A DNA stretch of 62,009 nt from Deltaproteobacteria bacterium (lineage in GTDB: Bacteria; Desulfobacterota; Syntrophia; Syntrophales; UBA2210), in contig JAPLJO010000032.1 of assembly GCA_026388515.1 (NCBI GenBank), forward strand, positions 1 to 62,009, read 5' to 3'. The notes below the pieces were generated by a model. The model worked only from the letters and a program-made list of their open reading frames with translations. It did not search any database and had not been told where the DNA came from. Both the position numbers and the translations under genes were made by a program. Of the stretch, positions 7,752 to 24,811 are shown one piece after another (the first letter of the stretch is position 1; each line of letters starts with the position of its first letter).

Positions 7752-7901
7752 ATGAGAGAGATAATCACACTTGCGTGCAGCCAGTGCAAACAGAGGAACT
7801 ACTCGACGACGAAAAACAAGAAGGAGGACAAGGACCGTCTTGAATTGAAGAAGTACTGCCGGTTCTGCCGGGTCCACACGCTTCATAAGGAAACGAAGTA
7901 A
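7752..7901 (+). CDS. rpmG: 50S ribosomal protein L33 (49 aa, below the ORF-track cutoff)
   Basis: Manual translation gives [49 protein letters not shown], with CxxC...CxxC and SD aagga upstream. Confidence 0.9.
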   Translation: MREIITLACSQCKQRNYSTTKNKKEDKDRLELKKYCRFCRVHTLHKETK

Positions 7902-7920
7902 CACTCAATGGCAGACACAC

Positions 7921-7997
7921 AGGCCAGTAGCTCTAATGGCTAGAGCACCGGTCTCCAAATCCGGGTGTTGGGGGTTCGAGTCCCTCCTGGCCTGCCA
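7921..7997 (+). tRNA. tRNA-Trp(CCA)
   Basis: AGGCCAG/CTGGCCT acceptor, anticodon loop CTCCAAA, GGTTCGAGTCC, CCA encoded. Confidence 0.9.
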
Positions 7998-8018
7998 TTT
8001 TATTCTGGTTCCGGGGAT

Positions 8019-8222
8019 ATGGATAAAGCAAAAGAAATCATCGAGAAGATAGAAAAGTTTCTTAAGGAAGCGTGGGTTGAGCTGAAGAAGGTTACCTGGC
8101 CGACGCCCAAGCAGGCGCTCGTGTCCACGTCGGTCGTCATCATCGTGACGCTCATCGTGTCCGCGTTTCTCGGACTGGTGGATTTCGGCCTCACCAAGCT
8201 CATTCGCATGATCCTGGGTTAG
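8019..8222 (+). CDS. secE: Preprotein translocase subunit SecE
   Basis: MDKAKEII...ELKKVTWPT followed by a single TM. The track ORF start (7965) overlaps tRNA-Trp, so the internal ATG at 8019 is used. Confidence 0.85.
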   Translation: MDKAKEIIEKIEKFLKEAWVELKKVTWPTPKQALVSTSVVIIVTLIVSAFLGLVDFGLTKLIRMILG

Positions 8223-8226
8223 GACT

Positions 8227-8757
8227 ATGGCTTTTCACTGGTACGTCATTCATACCTATTCGGGGTTTGAAAACAGGGTGAAGCTCTCGCTCCAGGAGAG
8301 GATTACCTCCTCGGGGATGCAGGATTTATTTTTCGATATCCTGATACCGGAAGAGGATGTGGTGGAGCTGAAAAAGGGCGAGAAGAAAACCTCGAAGCGT
8401 AAATTCTTCCCGGGATACATCCTGGTGAAAATGGAAATGAACGACGATACCTGGCACCTCGTGAAGAATACGCCGAAGGTGACCGGCTTCATCGGGGTCA
8501 GCGACCGGCCTACCCCGATACCCGATCAGGATGTGACGGTACTGCAGACGCGCATCGATGAAGGGACGCTGAAACCGAAACCGAAGTTCGAATTCGAAGT
8601 GGGCGATCACGTGAGGGTCATCGACGGGCCCTTTACCAATTTTGACGGTGTGGTGGATGAAGTGAAGCCCGAGAAAGGAAAGCTCCGGGTGATTGTGAGT
8701 ATTTTCGGAAGGTCCACGCCAGTGGAGCTCGATTTCATCCAGGTGGTCCAGAATTAG
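8227..8757 (+). CDS. nusG: Transcription termination/antitermination factor NusG
   Basis: WYVIHTYSGFENRVK N-terminus and KOW region GDHVRVIDGPF. Confidence 0.95.
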   Translation: MAFHWYVIHTYSGFENRVKLSLQERITSSGMQDLFFDILIPEEDVVELKKGEKKTSKRKFFPGYILVKMEMNDDTWHLVKNTPKVTGFIGVSDRPTPIPDQDVTVLQTRIDEGTLKPKPKFEFEVGDHVRVIDGPFTNFDGVVDEVKPEKGKLRVIVSIFGRSTPVELDFIQVVQN

Positions 8758-8817
8758 GGGCGCCGCGTACGGGCTCATGTATCGTAACGGAAGAATTGAC
8801 GTGAGAAGGGGATTCCA

Positions 8818-9243
8818 ATGGCAAAGAAAGTAATCGCGAGTATCAAGCTGCAGATTCAGGCGGGGAAGGCGACGCCGTCTCCCCCCATCGGACCGGCGCT
8901 CGGTCAGCATGGCGTGAATATAATGGAATTCTGCAAAGCATACAACGCGCTCACCCAGAACCAGGAAGGCACCATCATTCCCGTGGTGATTACCGTGTAT
9001 GCCGACAAGTCATTTACATTCGTCACCAAGACGCCGCCCACCTCGGTGCTGATCAAGCAGGCGGCGAAGATCGCGAAAGGTTCGAGCATCCCCAATCGCG
9101 ATAAAGTGGGCACCATCACCTCGAAACAGCTCAAAGAGATTGCCGAGGTGAAATATAACGATCTCAATGCGGTGAACATGGAAGGCGCGATACGGATTGT
9201 GGAAGGTACGGCGCGCTCCATGGGCATCGATATTGTCGATTAA
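8818..9243 (+). CDS. rplK: 50S ribosomal protein L11
   Basis: [31 protein letters not shown]. Confidence 0.95.
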   Translation: MAKKVIASIKLQIQAGKATPSPPIGPALGQHGVNIMEFCKAYNALTQNQEGTIIPVVITVYADKSFTFVTKTPPTSVLIKQAAKIAKGSSIPNRDKVGTITSKQLKEIAEVKYNDLNAVNMEGAIRIVEGTARSMGIDIVD

Positions 9244-9265
9244 CGGAAAGCGGAGACAGGTCACA

Positions 9266-9976
9266 ATGGGCAAGCGGGGCAAGAAATATCTGGAAGTCAG
9301 GGCAAAGGTTGAGCCGGCGAAACGGTACACGCTGCACGAGGCGGTGGAGATTCTGGTGTCCACCGGGCGGGCGAAATTCGATGAAACTATCGATACGGCG
9401 ATACGATTGGGCGTAAATCCCAAGCACGCCGACCAGATGGTGCGGGGCAGCGTGGTGCTTCCCCACGGCCTCGGGAAGAAAGTGCGGGTGCTGGTATTTG
9501 CGAAGGGCGACAAGGAAAAGGAAGCCCAGGAAGCCGGTGCGGATTTTGTGGGGTCCGACGACCTTATTGAAAAGATAAAGGGCGGGTGGCTCGATTTCGA
9601 CAGGGTCGTTGCCACTCCCGATGTGATGGGCAATGTGGGAAAACTGGGAAAGATACTGGGGCCCCGCGGTTTGATGCCGAATCCCAAGGTGGGAACGGTA
9701 ACGTTCGACGTGAAGAACGCCGTGAAAGAACTGAAAGCGGGCAAGGTGGAATTCCGGGTGGAAAAGGCCGGCATCATCCATACGCCGGTTGGAAAGGTCT
9801 CCTTCGGTGTCGATAAACTGACGGATAATATTCTTTCGCTGATCGACGTGATAGTGAAGCTCAAACCTGCATCAAGTAAAGGGACATACCTCAAAACCAT
9901 TTCTCTCTCCACGACCATGGGGCCTGGTATTAAAGTCGATACAGTGGATATTAGAAACTCATTACGTGCAGGATAG
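9266..9976 (+). CDS. rplA: 50S ribosomal protein L1
   Basis: MGKRGKKY... and [10 protein letters not shown]. Internal ATG chosen over the track start at 9197, which overlaps rplK. Confidence 0.95.
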   Translation: MGKRGKKYLEVRAKVEPAKRYTLHEAVEILVSTGRAKFDETIDTAIRLGVNPKHADQMVRGSVVLPHGLGKKVRVLVFAKGDKEKEAQEAGADFVGSDDLIEKIKGGWLDFDRVVATPDVMGNVGKLGKILGPRGLMPNPKVGTVTFDVKNAVKELKAGKVEFRVEKAGIIHTPVGKVSFGVDKLTDNILSLIDVIVKLKPASSKGTYLKTISLSTTMGPGIKVDTVDIRNSLRAG

Positions 9977-10153
9977 GTAACCGTAAAAAAAGCGATACGT
10001 CAGAGACCGCAGGTACAGTTGTTTAATCGAGTTTCAACTCGGCCTGCCGAGACGGTGAAGGCGTTTCATTGTTCTTCCTGTGTGGCAGGCTGACTTTCGA
10101 GTTATGTACAATGTGCAGGGAACGAAATTAACCGAGTGAAAGGAGGCCGTAGG
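9977..10153 (+). promoter_or_regulatory. rplJ 5' leader (candidate L10-type autoregulatory leader)
   Basis: A 177-nt untranslated gap in the position where L10(L12)4-binding leaders occur in many bacteria. The structure was not verified. Confidence 0.3.
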
Positions 10154-10678
10154 TTGGATCGAGCGACAAAGGAACGGATTGTTGCCGAACTTCATGAGAA
10201 GCTGCAAAAGACGAAATTGGTGGTCCTCGCCGATTATCAGGGGATGAACGTGGCGCAGATGACGGAGTTGCGCTCGGCGCTCCGCAAATCCCGCTGCGAG
10301 GTGAAGGTGATCAAGAATAACCTGATGAAGATCGCCATCCGTGAAACCGATTTTGTCCTGCTCGATGAGCACATCAAGGAGCCGCGGGCACTCATCATGA
10401 ATTTCGGGAATGCGGTTGAATCGACGAAAGCGCTGGTCGACTATGCCCGGAAGAACGACAAGCTGAAAATCGTGACGGGCGTTCTCGACGGCAAACTGCT
10501 CTCGAAGGACCAGCTAAAGACGCTGTCCGAACTGCCGGGCAGAGAAGTGCTTCTGTCAAAACTTCTCTCCGTGATGGTGGGTGTACAGACCCAGTTCGTC
10601 ACGGTGCTCAGCGCGGTACCGAGAAGTTTCGTCCAGGTGCTTGAGTCGTACCGTTTGAAAAAAGAAAACGCCAACTAA
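10154..10678 (+). CDS. rplJ: 50S ribosomal protein L10
   Basis: AGGAGG at 10141-10146, then an in-frame TTG at 10154 ([13 protein letters not shown]...). The track ORF begins at GTG 10136. Confidence 0.9.
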   Translation: MDRATKERIVAELHEKLQKTKLVVLADYQGMNVAQMTELRSALRKSRCEVKVIKNNLMKIAIRETDFVLLDEHIKEPRALIMNFGNAVESTKALVDYARKNDKLKIVTGVLDGKLLSKDQLKTLSELPGREVLLSKLLSVMVGVQTQFVTVLSAVPRSFVQVLESYRLKKENAN

Positions 10679-10700
10679 AACATACAGGAAGGATAGAGAA

Positions 10701-11087
10701 ATGACAGCGAAAATCACGAAGGAAGACGTAATCAAGTTTATCGAAGAAATGTCCGTTATTGAGCTCTCGGAGCTGGTAAAGGAACTGGAGCAGCGGTTTG
10801 GTGTATCCGCGGCGGCACCGGTGGCGGTGGCGGCGGCAGTGGCGGGCGGTGCGGCGGCAGCGCCGGCCGAAGAAAAAACGGAATTTGATGTTATTCTGAC
10901 CGGCTACGGTGCTGAGAAAATCCAGGTTATCAAAGTCGCCCGCGCGGTGACCGGCCTCGGACTGAAGGAAGCGAAGGACCTCGTTGAGGGCGTGCCGAAA
11001 CCCGTCAAGGAAGGCGTGTCCAAGGCGGAAGCCCAGGAAATCAAGGCGAAGCTCGAGGCAGTAGGCGCCACGGTAGAGGTTCGATAA
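10701..11087 (+). CDS. rplL: 50S ribosomal protein L7/L12
   Basis: Ala-rich hinge followed by the [13 protein letters not shown]-terminal domain. Confidence 0.95.
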   Translation: MTAKITKEDVIKFIEEMSVIELSELVKELEQRFGVSAAAPVAVAAAVAGGAAAAPAEEKTEFDVILTGYGAEKIQVIKVARAVTGLGLKEAKDLVEGVPKPVKEGVSKAEAQEIKAKLEAVGATVEVR

Positions 11088-11138
11088 CACCGGGTTTCCA
11101 TATCGTGCACGGCAGTCACGGCAACTATAAGGAACACT

Positions 11139-14100
11139 ATGAGTGTAACATTCAGAAGAAATTTTGGTCGTATCAAGAAAATCGTTGAGATACCCAATCT
11201 CATCGAAATTCAGAAACGGTCCTACTCGAAGTTTCTGCAGGCCGAGGTCGATTCCGACAAGAGGAAGAACTACGGCCTGCAGGGCGCGTTCAAAAGCGTC
11301 TTTCCGATTATGGATTTTGCCGGGAAGTGCTCGCTCGAGTTCGTGAGCTACAAGATCGGCACGCCCCGGTACGACATGAAGGAATGCACCGAAAAGGGCA
11401 TGACCTACAATGCGCCCCTGCGGATTGTGGTCAGGCTCGTCGTCTTCGAGGGCGGGCGCGGCGGTGAGCAGAGAGTCATCCGGGACATTAAGGAACAGGA
11501 AATTTATTTCGGAGAGATTCCGCTCATGACCGGCAACGGGACCTTTATCATCAACGGGACCGAACGGGTGATCGTAAGCCAGCTCCACCGATCGCCGGGC
11601 ATATTCTTCGATCACGACAAGGGGAAAACCCACGCCAGCGGGAAGCTCATCTATTCCGCCCGGGTCATTCCCATCAGGGGGTCCTGGCTGGATCTTGAGT
11701 TCGATCCCAAAGACCTGATTTACGCCCGCATCGACCGGCGCCGGAAAATGCCCGTCACCATCCTGCTCAAGGCGATGGGCTTCACCGCAGAGGACCTGTT
11801 CCGCTATTTCTACAACATTGAGAGCGTGATCTTCAAAAACGGCAAGTACTATCTCGCCGTTGACGATGCCCTCGTGGGTGAAAAGGCGCCCGAGGACATC
11901 AAGGAGCGCAAATCCGGCGATTCCCTCATCAAGAAGGGCCGCAAAATCAGCAAGGCCCACCTCAAGAAAATGATGGAAACGGGCATCGACAACGTGGAAG
12001 TGAAGGAGGAGTATCTTATCGGCAAGGTGCTTGCCGCGAACGTCATCGATCCGGACACGAAGGAAGTGCTCATCAAATGCAACGAAGTCGTCACCGAGGA
12101 CATGCTCCGGATGCTGCAGGAGAAACGGATTTCCTCCATCAAACTTATTCAGCTCGATGAAGAGGGGACGAACGCCTACATCCGGAATACAATGCTTTCC
12201 GACCGTGTGGAGACCCGGGGTGATGCCATCATCGATATTTACCGGAGGCTGCGGCCGAGCAACCCGCCCACTCCCGAGACGGCGGAGAAATTTTTCATCA
12301 GCCTCTTTTTCAACAATGATACGTATGACCTCTCCGACGTGGGGCGGGCGAAAATCAACTACAAGCTGCGCCTGAAGGATGTGTCCACGGACATCTGCAT
12401 TCTCCGCAGGGAAGACGTGATGGAGGCGGTGAAGTATCTCATCAATCTCAGGAACAATGTCACCGAGTACAGCGTGGACGATATCGATCACTTGGGCAAC
12501 AGGCGGATACGTTCCGTGGGTGAACTCATCGAAAACCAGTACCGCATCGGCCTCGTCCGGATGGAGCGCGCCATCAAGGAGAAGATGAGCCTCCTCGACG
12601 TGGAGACCATGATGCCCCATGATCTCGTCAACGCAAAGCCCGTCATGGCGGTGGTGAACGAGTTTTTCGGAAGCAGCCAGCTCTCGCAGTTCATGGACCA
12701 GACGAATCCCCTTTCTGAAATCACGCACAAACGGCGCCTCTCGGCCCTCGGGCCCGGGGGTCTCACCCGCGAGCGCGCGGGATTCGAGGTGCGTGACGTC
12801 CATAACACCCATTACGGCCGTGTCTGTCCGGTTGAAACCCCTGAAGGTCCCAATATCGGCCTTATCCTGTCGCTCAGCACCTATGCGAGGGTGAACGAGT
12901 TCGGCTTTATCGAGACCCCGTCGGTGGTGGTCACGAACGGAAAAGTCACCGACGAAATCCTCTACCTCACGGCAATCGAAGAAGAGGATCATGTCATCGC
13001 CCAGGCCGACAGCCCTCTCGATTCCCACGGCAGGTTCACAGAGAAACTGGTCACCGCCAAGAAAGGCGGCGACTATGTGACCGTCGATTCCAGGGAAATA
13101 ACCCTGATGGACGTGTCACCCGACCAGCTCGTGAGCGTGGCGGCGGGGCTTATCCCCTTCCTGGAGCATGACGACGCCAACCGCGCCCTCATGGGCTCCA
13201 ACATGCAGCGCCAGTCCGTACCCCTCCTGAAGCCCGAGGCGCCCCTCGTGGGTACCGGCATGGAGGCGGTGGTGGCGCGGGACTCCGGCGCCGTCATCGT
13301 GGCGGAGCGATCCGGCGTCGTGGAGGATGTTGACGCGTCGCGAATCGTCATCAAGTGCGACGAGTCCGATCAGGACAAGTTCAGCACCGGCGTTGACATC
13401 TATAATCTCACGAAGTACCGTCGCTCGAACCAAAACACCTGTTTCAATCACAAGCCGGTGGTCAGTCGGAGTGACCGCGTACGGCGCGGTGATATAATCG
13501 CCGACGGCCCCTCCACCGATAACGGGGAGCTCGCGCTCGGCAGAAACGTGCTCGTCGCGTTCATGTCCTGGGGCGGCTACAATTACGAAGATTCGATTCT
13601 GGTGAGCGAGCGCATCGTCAAAGAAGATATCTACACCTCCGTGCACATCGAAGAATTCGAGACTGTCGCGCGTGACACCAAACTCGGCAAGGAAGAAATC
13701 ACGAAGGATATCCCCAACGTGGGCGAGGAGGCACTGCGCAATCTCGACGAGTCCGGGATCGTACGGATGGGCGTCTCGGTGAAGGCGGGCGATGTTCTCG
13801 TCGGCAAGGTCACTCCCAAGGGTGAAACACAGCTCTCGCCCGAGGAAAAACTGCTCCGCGCCATATTCGGCGAGAAGGCCGGCGACGTGAGGGATACGTC
13901 GCTCCGTGTTCCCCCCGGCGTCGAGGGTATCATCATCGACGCCAAGGTCTTCAGCCGCAAGGGTGCGGACAAGGACAGCCGGTCGCAGATGCTCGAGGAA
14001 GAGGAAATCAGCCGCCTCCACAAGGACCGGGACGATGAAATCAAAATCATCACGGACAGCGTGAAAAAGAAAATCGCGGGGATGCTCTCGGGAAAGAAAG

Positions 14101-15233
14101 TGGCGTCCCGTCTGATGGACAACAAAAAGAAAAAGATTCTTTGTAAAAAAGGGGAAACGCTCAATGCGGACCTCCTCGGTTCCATCCCCTTCAGTTTCTG
14201 GAAGGATATCGCCCTCGACGACTACAAGACGGAAGAAAAGGTAAAGACGCTGCTTTCCAACCTCACGCGGAAAGTGGAGGTCATCGAGACCTTCTTCGAC
14301 GAAAAGATTGCAAAGGTGAAGATGGGCGACGAGCTTCCGCCGGGTGTCATCAAGCTCGTGAAGGTCTACATCGCCAGCAAGAGGACACTCTCCGTGGGCG
14401 ACAAGATGGCGGGCAGGCACGGCAACAAGGGCGTGCTCTCGCGAATCCTTCCCGAGGAAAACATGCCCTTCTTCGAGGACGGCGCCCATGTCGATATCAT
14501 TCTGAACCCCCTGGGTGTCCCCTCGCGAATGAACGTGGGGCAGATTCTGGAAACCCACCTTGGCTGGGCGGCGAAGGACCTGGGAGAAAAAGTCCAGTCC
14601 CTCCTCGATAAAACTTTCAGCGTCAAGACGGCCAGAGAAGAACTGAAGAAACTCTACGGGAGCCCCGAATTTGAGAAATACATTGACGGCGCGGGGGAGG
14701 CGGAAATAAGGCGCTTTGTGCAGCGGCTGAAAAACGGCATCGCCGTGGCGTCCCCCGTGTTTGACGGCGCCACCGAGAAGGAAATAAAGTCGCTCCTCAA
14801 AAAGGCGAAGCTGCCCGAGAGGGGGCAGGTGACGCTCTATGACGGCCGGACCGGCGAGCCTTTTGACCAGTCGGTGACCGTGGGCATGATTTACATGATG
14901 AAGCTCCACCATCTCGTGGATGACAAGATTCATGCCCGGTCCATCGGCCCCTATTCGCTTGTGACCCAGCAGCCTCTGGGCGGCAAGGCCCAGTTCGGCG
15001 GACAGCGGCTGGGCGAGATGGAAGTGTGGGCCATCGAGGCCTACGGAGCGGCCTACTCGCTCCAGGAGTTCCTCACCGTGAAGTCCGATGACGTGGCGGG
15101 CCGGACAAGGATGTATGAAACGATTGTGAAGGGCGATCCCGTACTGGAACCCGGGCTGCCGGAGTCCTTTAACGTGCTCATCAAGGAATTGCAGGGTCTC
15201 GGCATTGATGTGGAACTGGTTGAAGAGGGATGA
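11139..15233 (+). CDS. rpoB: RNA polymerase beta subunit
   Basis: 1364 aa, with conserved blocks such as GNKGV and [24 protein letters not shown]. Confidence 0.97.
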   Translation: MSVTFRRNFGRIKKIVEIPNLIEIQKRSYSKFLQAEVDSDKRKNYGLQGAFKSVFPIMDFAGKCSLEFVSYKIGTPRYDMKECTEKGMTYNAPLRIVVRLVVFEGGRGGEQRVIRDIKEQEIYFGEIPLMTGNGTFIINGTERVIVSQLHRSPGIFFDHDKGKTHASGKLIYSARVIPIRGSWLDLEFDPKDLIYARIDRRRKMPVTILLKAMGFTAEDLFRYFYNIESVIFKNGKYYLAVDDALVGEKAPEDIKERKSGDSLIKKGRKISKAHLKKMMETGIDNVEVKEEYLIGKVLAANVIDPDTKEVLIKCNEVVTEDMLRMLQEKRISSIKLIQLDEEGTNAYIRNTMLSDRVETRGDAIIDIYRRLRPSNPPTPETAEKFFISLFFNNDTYDLSDVGRAKINYKLRLKDVSTDICILRREDVMEAVKYLINLRNNVTEYSVDDIDHLGNRRIRSVGELIENQYRIGLVRMERAIKEKMSLLDVETMMPHDLVNAKPVMAVVNEFFGSSQLSQFMDQTNPLSEITHKRRLSALGPGGLTRERAGFEVRDVHNTHYGRVCPVETPEGPNIGLILSLSTYARVNEFGFIETPSVVVTNGKVTDEILYLTAIEEEDHVIAQADSPLDSHGRFTEKLVTAKKGGDYVTVDSREITLMDVSPDQLVSVAAGLIPFLEHDDANRALMGSNMQRQSVPLLKPEAPLVGTGMEAVVARDSGAVIVAERSGVVEDVDASRIVIKCDESDQDKFSTGVDIYNLTKYRRSNQNTCFNHKPVVSRSDRVRRGDIIADGPSTDNGELALGRNVLVAFMSWGGYNYEDSILVSERIVKEDIYTSVHIEEFETVARDTKLGKEEITKDIPNVGEEALRNLDESGIVRMGVSVKAGDVLVGKVTPKGETQLSPEEKLLRAIFGEKAGDVRDTSLRVPPGVEGIIIDAKVFSRKGADKDSRSQMLEEEEISRLHKDRDDEIKIITDSVKKKIAGMLSGKKVASRLMDNKKKKILCKKGETLNADLLGSIPFSFWKDIALDDYKTEEKVKTLLSNLTRKVEVIETFFDEKIAKVKMGDELPPGVIKLVKVYIASKRTLSVGDKMAGRHGNKGVLSRILPEENMPFFEDGAHVDIILNPLGVPSRMNVGQILETHLGWAAKDLGEKVQSLLDKTFSVKTAREELKKLYGSPEFEKYIDGAGEAEIRRFVQRLKNGIAVASPVFDGATEKEIKSLLKKAKLPERGQVTLYDGRTGEPFDQSVTVGMIYMMKLHHLVDDKIHARSIGPYSLVTQQPLGGKAQFGGQRLGEMEVWAIEAYGAAYSLQEFLTVKSDDVAGRTRMYETIVKGDPVLEPGLPESFNVLIKELQGLGIDVELVEEG

Positions 15234-15283
15234 GCCGGCTCCTTCCGGATATGCAATACCGTACGTGAAGAGAGGTATCACAC

Positions 15284-19432
<4,149 letters not shown>

Positions 19433-19498
19433 TACAAAACCAAACTTTCTTCGCGTGGTTTCGCAATGTGAAAGCTGCACGACGATGGTGGAGGAATA

Positions 19499-19870
19499 AT
19501 GCCGACGATTAATCAGTTGATACGCAGGGGAAGAACCAATCCGAGCAGGAAAGTGACGACCCCCGCTCTTTCAAAATGCCCCCAGCGGAGAGGGGTGTGT
19601 GTCAGGGTATATACGACGACCCCGAAGAAACCCAATTCCGCCTTGAGAAAAGTAGCCCGTGTGCGACTGACCAGCGGGTATGAGGTAACCGCCTACATAC
19701 CCGGTGTCGGTCATAATCTGCAGGAGCATTCGGTGGTGCTGGTGAGGGGAGGACGCGTGAAGGACCTTCCCGGCGTCAGATACCATATCGTGAGGGGCAT
19801 CCTTGATGCTGTCGGCGTCCAGGACAGGAAACAGGGCAGGTCAAAATACGGCACGAAGCGACAGAAGTAA
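19499..19870 (+). CDS. rpsL: 30S ribosomal protein S12
   Basis: [12 protein letters not shown]... and [11 protein letters not shown]. Confidence 0.97.
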   Translation: MPTINQLIRRGRTNPSRKVTTPALSKCPQRRGVCVRVYTTTPKKPNSALRKVARVRLTSGYEVTAYIPGVGHNLQEHSVVLVRGGRVKDLPGVRYHIVRGILDAVGVQDRKQGRSKYGTKRQK

Positions 19871-19884
19871 CCAGGGATACGTCT

Positions 19885-20355
19885 ATGCCAAGAAAACGAG
19901 CAGTAGCGAAGAGAAAGATATTGCCGGATCCGAAATACAACAGCGTGATGGCGGCGCGTTTCATCAACAGTCTTCTGCGGAAAGGCAAGAAAAGCATTGC
20001 CGAGTCGATATTCTACGGTGCGCTCGACATTATAAAAAGCAAGAAGAACGCCTCCTCGCTGGAGGTATTTGAAAAGGCGCTGGACAACGTCAAACCGGTG
20101 CTCGAGGTGAAATCACGCCGCGTGGGAGGTGCAACATACCAGGTTCCCACGGAAGTGCAGCCTGACAGGAGGGTCGCCCTGGCGATCCGGTGGCTCATCG
20201 GCAATGCGAAAGCCCGTGCGGGACGCACCATGCGCGAAAAGCTCGCCGCCGAACTGATTGATGCCTCTGAAAGCAGGGGCGCCTCCGTGAAGAAGCGGGA
20301 AGATACACATAAAATGGCAGAGGCGAACAAGGCCTTTGCACATTACCGGTTTTAA
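19885..20355 (+). CDS. rpsG: 30S ribosomal protein S7
   Basis: [18 protein letters not shown]... and VGGATYQVP. Confidence 0.97.
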   Translation: MPRKRAVAKRKILPDPKYNSVMAARFINSLLRKGKKSIAESIFYGALDIIKSKKNASSLEVFEKALDNVKPVLEVKSRRVGGATYQVPTEVQPDRRVALAIRWLIGNAKARAGRTMREKLAAELIDASESRGASVKKREDTHKMAEANKAFAHYRF

Positions 20356-20401
20356 CCGCCGGTTCCGGGGGCCGAAAGCGCGAGCTTTCAGGTGATTCAT
20401 C

Positions 20402-22486
20402 GTGGCACGTACCGTTCTTTTACAAAATATTCGAAACATCGGCATCATGGCCCACATTGATGCCGGAAAGACCACCACGACCGAGCGGGTGCTCTACTAC
20501 ACCCGGGTGTCCCACAAGATGGGCGAGGTGCACGACGGTGCGGCCGTGATGGACTGGATGGAACAGGAACAGGAGCGGGGCATTACCATTACGGCTGCGG
20601 CAACGGCCTGTACATGGAACAATACGCTCATCAATATCATCGACACACCGGGGCACGTGGACTTTACGATAGAGGTTGAACGGTCCCTCAGGGTTCTGGA
20701 TGGTGCGGTCGCCCTTTTCTGTGCCGTCGGCGGCGTGGAGCCGCAGTCCGAGGTGGTCTGGAGACAGGCCGATAAGTACCGGGTGCCCCGTATCGCCTTT
20801 GTAAACAAGATGGACAGGACGGGTGCGGACTTCGAGAACGTGGTCCGGGCCATTCGCGGGAGGCTCGGTGCAAATCCAGTCCCGATACAGATTCCGGTGG
20901 GCGCCGAGGAGCATTTCACCGGCGTTATCGATCTCGTTGGGATGAAGGCCATCATCTACGATAAGGATTCCCTGGGTTCGGAGTTCAGCATCACCGACAT
21001 CCCCGCCGATATGGCGGGTGCCGCCTCCGATGCCCGGGAACGACTCGTCGAGTCCCTCGCTGATTCCGACGAGGAACTCATGATAAAGTATGTCGGTGGA
21101 GAAGCTCTTTCACAAACTGATATCGTCACGGCGCTCAGAAAAGCGACGCTCTCGCTGAAGGTCACGCCGGTACTCTGCGGTTCGGCCTTCAAGAATAAGG
21201 GAGTGCAGCCGCTGCTCGACGCGGTGGTCGATTACCTCCCCTCGCCTCTTGATCTGCCCCTGGTGACTGCCCGGGACGATAAGGGCGGCGAAGTCCGGAT
21301 CGAGGTCAGTGATGAGGTGCCGTTCACCTCGCTGGCGTTTAAAATCATGACCGATCCCTATGTCGGCCAGCTCACGTATCTCAGGGTATATTCGGGGGTG
21401 CTGACGACGGGCTCCTATATATACAACGCGACGAAGCGGCAGCGGGAACGGGTCGGCAGGCTCGTCAAGATGCACGCCGATAAACGGGAGGACATCGATG
21501 AGGCCCGCTGCGGGGACATCGTCGCGGTCCTTGGGCTCAAAGGGACGACGACGGGAGATACGCTGTGTGATCCCGCCCATCCGGTGCAGCTCGAAACGCT
21601 CGAAGTGCCGGAACCGGTGATTGCAATTGCCATCGAACCGAAAACGAAGTCCGATGATGAAAAGCTGGGCGTGGCGCTCGCCAAGATTATGAGGGAAGAC
21701 CCCACCTTCCGCGTACGACAGGACCGGGACACCGGGCAGACGCTGATATCGGGGATGGGCGAACTTCACCTCGAAATAATCGTCGACCGCCTTTCACGGG
21801 AATTCGGGCTCGGGGCGAATATCGGCAGCCCCCAGGTTGCCTACAAGGAAACGATACGGAAACACGCCCGGGCCGAAGGAAAGTTCGTCCGGCAGTCGGG
21901 CGGCCGCGGGCAGTACGGTCACGTGTGGCTTGAGATCGAGCCGAGTGAACCGGGGAAAGGGTTTGAATTCCTGGACCGCACCGTGGGAGGTGCCATCCCG
22001 AGGGAATTTATTTCCGCCGTGGAAAAGGGAATCGTCGGTGCCATGGAAGCGGGAGTCGTCGCGGGATACCCCGTGGTTGACGTGAAAGTAAGCCTCGTCG
22101 ACGGCTCGTACCATGAGGTTGATTCCTCGGAGCTGGCGTTCAAAATAGCCGGCTCGATCGCCTTCAAGAGCGCCGCACAGCGGGCCCATCCGGTGCTGCT
22201 CGAACCGGTCATGTCGGTCGAGGTGGTGGCGCCGACGGAATATATGGGCGATGTCATCGGCAGCATCAACTCCCGGCGGGGGAAAATAGTGAGCCTCGAA
22301 TCGAGACCGGCCTCGGAGGCGATTCACGCGGAAGTGCCGCTTTCGGAAATGTTCGGGTATGCGACGGACCTGCGGTCAAAGACGCAGGGACGGGCGGTAT
22401 TCACCATGACGTTTCTTTCATACAACGCCTTATCGGAAGATCTGGCGCGGGATATAATACAGAAAAAGCAGAAAAAAGCAGGGTGA
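20402..22486 (+). CDS. fusA: Elongation factor G (GTG start)
   Basis: [20 protein letters not shown] and DTPGHVDF. Confidence 0.97.
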   Translation: MARTVLLQNIRNIGIMAHIDAGKTTTTERVLYYTRVSHKMGEVHDGAAVMDWMEQEQERGITITAAATACTWNNTLINIIDTPGHVDFTIEVERSLRVLDGAVALFCAVGGVEPQSEVVWRQADKYRVPRIAFVNKMDRTGADFENVVRAIRGRLGANPVPIQIPVGAEEHFTGVIDLVGMKAIIYDKDSLGSEFSITDIPADMAGAASDARERLVESLADSDEELMIKYVGGEALSQTDIVTALRKATLSLKVTPVLCGSAFKNKGVQPLLDAVVDYLPSPLDLPLVTARDDKGGEVRIEVSDEVPFTSLAFKIMTDPYVGQLTYLRVYSGVLTTGSYIYNATKRQRERVGRLVKMHADKREDIDEARCGDIVAVLGLKGTTTGDTLCDPAHPVQLETLEVPEPVIAIAIEPKTKSDDEKLGVALAKIMREDPTFRVRQDRDTGQTLISGMGELHLEIIVDRLSREFGLGANIGSPQVAYKETIRKHARAEGKFVRQSGGRGQYGHVWLEIEPSEPGKGFEFLDRTVGGAIPREFISAVEKGIVGAMEAGVVAGYPVVDVKVSLVDGSYHEVDSSELAFKIAGSIAFKSAAQRAHPVLLEPVMSVEVVAPTEYMGDVIGSINSRRGKIVSLESRPASEAIHAEVPLSEMFGYATDLRSKTQGRAVFTMTFLSYNALSEDLARDIIQKKQKKAG

Positions 22487-22574
22487 GGAGCGAGGAACAA
22501 TTTTTCAGTGCAACACAATTACAATAATGCATGTACGCAATTAACCTGATGGATACCAAAAGGAGGTAATGGTT

Positions 22575-23768
22575 ATGGCTAAAAAGAAGTTTGAGAGGAC
22601 GAAGCCGCATGTCAATATCGGCACCATCGGCCATGTTGATCACGGGAAAACGACGCTCACGTCCGCAATTACCAAGCATCTTGCTTCAAAGGGACTGGCC
22701 GAGTACAAGGCGTTCGATCAGATTGACAACGCACCGGAAGAGAAGGAACGCGGTGTGACGATTAATATTGCACACGTGGAGTATCAAACCGATAAAAGGC
22801 ACTATGCGCATGTGGATTGTCCCGGCCATGCCGACTATATAAAGAACATGATCTCCGGAGCAGCGCATATGGATGGCGCGATCCTGGTGGTGGCGGCGTC
22901 CGACGGTCCCATGCCGCAGACCCGTGAACATATTCTCCTGGCACGTCAGGTCCAGGTGCCCTGCATGGTTGTGTTTCTGAACAAGGTCGATCTGGTTGAC
23001 GATCCGGAGCTTCTTGACCTCGTCGAACTCGAACTGCGTGAACTTCTCACTGAGTACAAGTTCCCCGGCGATGAAATTCCCATCATCAGGGGTTCGGCAC
23101 TGAAGGCGCTGGAGAGCGATGACCCCAAATCGGAAGACGCCAAATGCATATGGGAACTGCTGAATGCCGTTGATACCTATGTGCCCGAGCCCGTACGCGA
23201 CCTTGACAAGCCATTTCTGATGCCCATCGGCGATGTCTTTTCAATTTCCGGTCGCGGTACCGTGGTCACCGGCAGGGTGGACCGCGGCATCGTCAGGACC
23301 GCTGATGAAGTTGAAATCGTGGGAATCCGTCCCACCTTCAAGACGGTGTGCACCGGAGTGGAAATGTTCCGCAAGACCCTCGATGAAGGCCGCGCCGGCG
23401 ACGATGTCGGCGTCCTCCTCAGGGGCACGAAGCGGGAAGAAGTGGAACGCGGCCAGGTGGTGGCGAAACCCGGCTCCATCACACCCCACACGAAATTCAA
23501 AGCCCAGGTGTACGTGCTCACCAAGGAAGAAGGCGGGCGGCATACCCCCTACTTTGACGGCTACCGGCCCCAGTTCTATTTCAGAACCACCGATGTGACG
23601 GGTGTCTGTACCCTTCCCGAGGGTGTGGAAATGGTAATGCCCGGCGACAATATTGAACTGTCGGTGGAACTGATTACCCCCATCGCCATGGAGGAACAGT
23701 TGCGGTTCGCCATCCGTGAAGGCGGCAGGACCGTTGGTGCCGGCGTCGTAAGCAAGATTATCGAGTAG
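22575..23768 (+). CDS. tuf: Elongation factor Tu
   Basis: [27 protein letters not shown] and DCPGHADY. The track ORF starts two codons earlier, at 22569. Confidence 0.97.
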   Translation: MAKKKFERTKPHVNIGTIGHVDHGKTTLTSAITKHLASKGLAEYKAFDQIDNAPEEKERGVTINIAHVEYQTDKRHYAHVDCPGHADYIKNMISGAAHMDGAILVVAASDGPMPQTREHILLARQVQVPCMVVFLNKVDLVDDPELLDLVELELRELLTEYKFPGDEIPIIRGSALKALESDDPKSEDAKCIWELLNAVDTYVPEPVRDLDKPFLMPIGDVFSISGRGTVVTGRVDRGIVRTADEVEIVGIRPTFKTVCTGVEMFRKTLDEGRAGDDVGVLLRGTKREEVERGQVVAKPGSITPHTKFKAQVYVLTKEEGGRHTPYFDGYRPQFYFRTTDVTGVCTLPEGVEMVMPGDNIELSVELITPIAMEEQLRFAIREGGRTVGAGVVSKIIE

Positions 23769-23772
23769 AACC

Positions 23773-24081
23773 ATGGAAAATCAAAAAATACGCATTCGAC
23801 TCAAAGCATACGATTATAAGCTGCTCGATCGGTCGGCGCAGGATATCGTGGAAGCGGCCAAGCGCACCGGTGCCCGCGTGGCGGGCCCCATACCGCTCCC
23901 CACGGTTATTAACAGGTACTGTGTGAACAGGTCGCCGCACGTCGATAAGAAATCCCGCGAGCAGTTTGAAATCAGAACCCATAAACGACTGATTGACATC
24001 ATTGATCCGACGCAGGCAACGGTTGATACGCTCATGAAGCTTGATCTCTCCGCCGGTGTTGATGTCGAGATAAAATTGTAA
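23773..24081 (+). CDS. rpsJ: 30S ribosomal protein S10
   Basis: [15 protein letters not shown]. Confidence 0.97.
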   Translation: MENQKIRIRLKAYDYKLLDRSAQDIVEAAKRTGARVAGPIPLPTVINRYCVNRSPHVDKKSREQFEIRTHKRLIDIIDPTQATVDTLMKLDLSAGVDVEIKL

Positions 24082-24165
24082 GTGAACGGTTGACGAGGAG
24101 GTGTGTCACCGGAAGGTACCATCTTCTCTTTTTTGTCAATAAAGAATCTGGAACGTGTGCGTACC

Positions 24166-24795
24166 ATGAAAAAAGCGCTCATTGGGAAGAAACTGGGAAT
24201 GACCCAGATATTCTGGGAGGACGGCTCGATTGTGCCCGTCACGGTAATCGAGGCAGGGCCCTGCGTGGTGATTCAGCGCAAGGAAGAGGGAAAGGACGGA
24301 TACGATGCCGTGCAGCTCGGCTTCGGACGAATCAAGGAAAAGAACGTCAAAAAGCCTCTCAAGGGTCATTTTAAAAAGGCGGACAAGGGATACTTCCGCG
24401 TGCTCGGAGAGTTTCACATTGATTCCGATGCGGACTTTACGGTCGGCCAGGAACTGAAGGTCGATATGTTCAGCATCGGGGATTATGTGGACGTGGTCGG
24501 CACTACCAAGGGGAAGGGCTTTGCCGGTGGTGTCAAGCGTCACGGATTCCGGGGAGGCGGGGGGTCCCATGGTTCCATGTTTCACCGGGCGCCCGGTTCA
24601 ATCGGCGCCAGCGCAGATCCCTCGCGGGTCTTCAAAGGGAAAAAACTCCCCGGTCACATGGGCAATGCGAGAAAGACAACACAGAATCTGATCGTGGCCG
24701 GTGTCCGTCCCCAGGATAATCTGCTCATGATCAAGGGAGCGGTTCCCGGCAGCAGAAACGGAATCGTGCTGATTACCAGCGCCATTAAAATGTAA
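24166..24795 (+). CDS. rplC: 50S ribosomal protein L3
   Basis: [16 protein letters not shown] at the internal ATG 24166 of the track ORF. Confidence 0.95.
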   Translation: MKKALIGKKLGMTQIFWEDGSIVPVTVIEAGPCVVIQRKEEGKDGYDAVQLGFGRIKEKNVKKPLKGHFKKADKGYFRVLGEFHIDSDADFTVGQELKVDMFSIGDYVDVVGTTKGKGFAGGVKRHGFRGGGGSHGSMFHRAPGSIGASADPSRVFKGKKLPGHMGNARKTTQNLIVAGVRPQDNLLMIKGAVPGSRNGIVLITSAIKM

Positions 24796-24811
24796 GGATG
24801 TCAAGCGGGCG

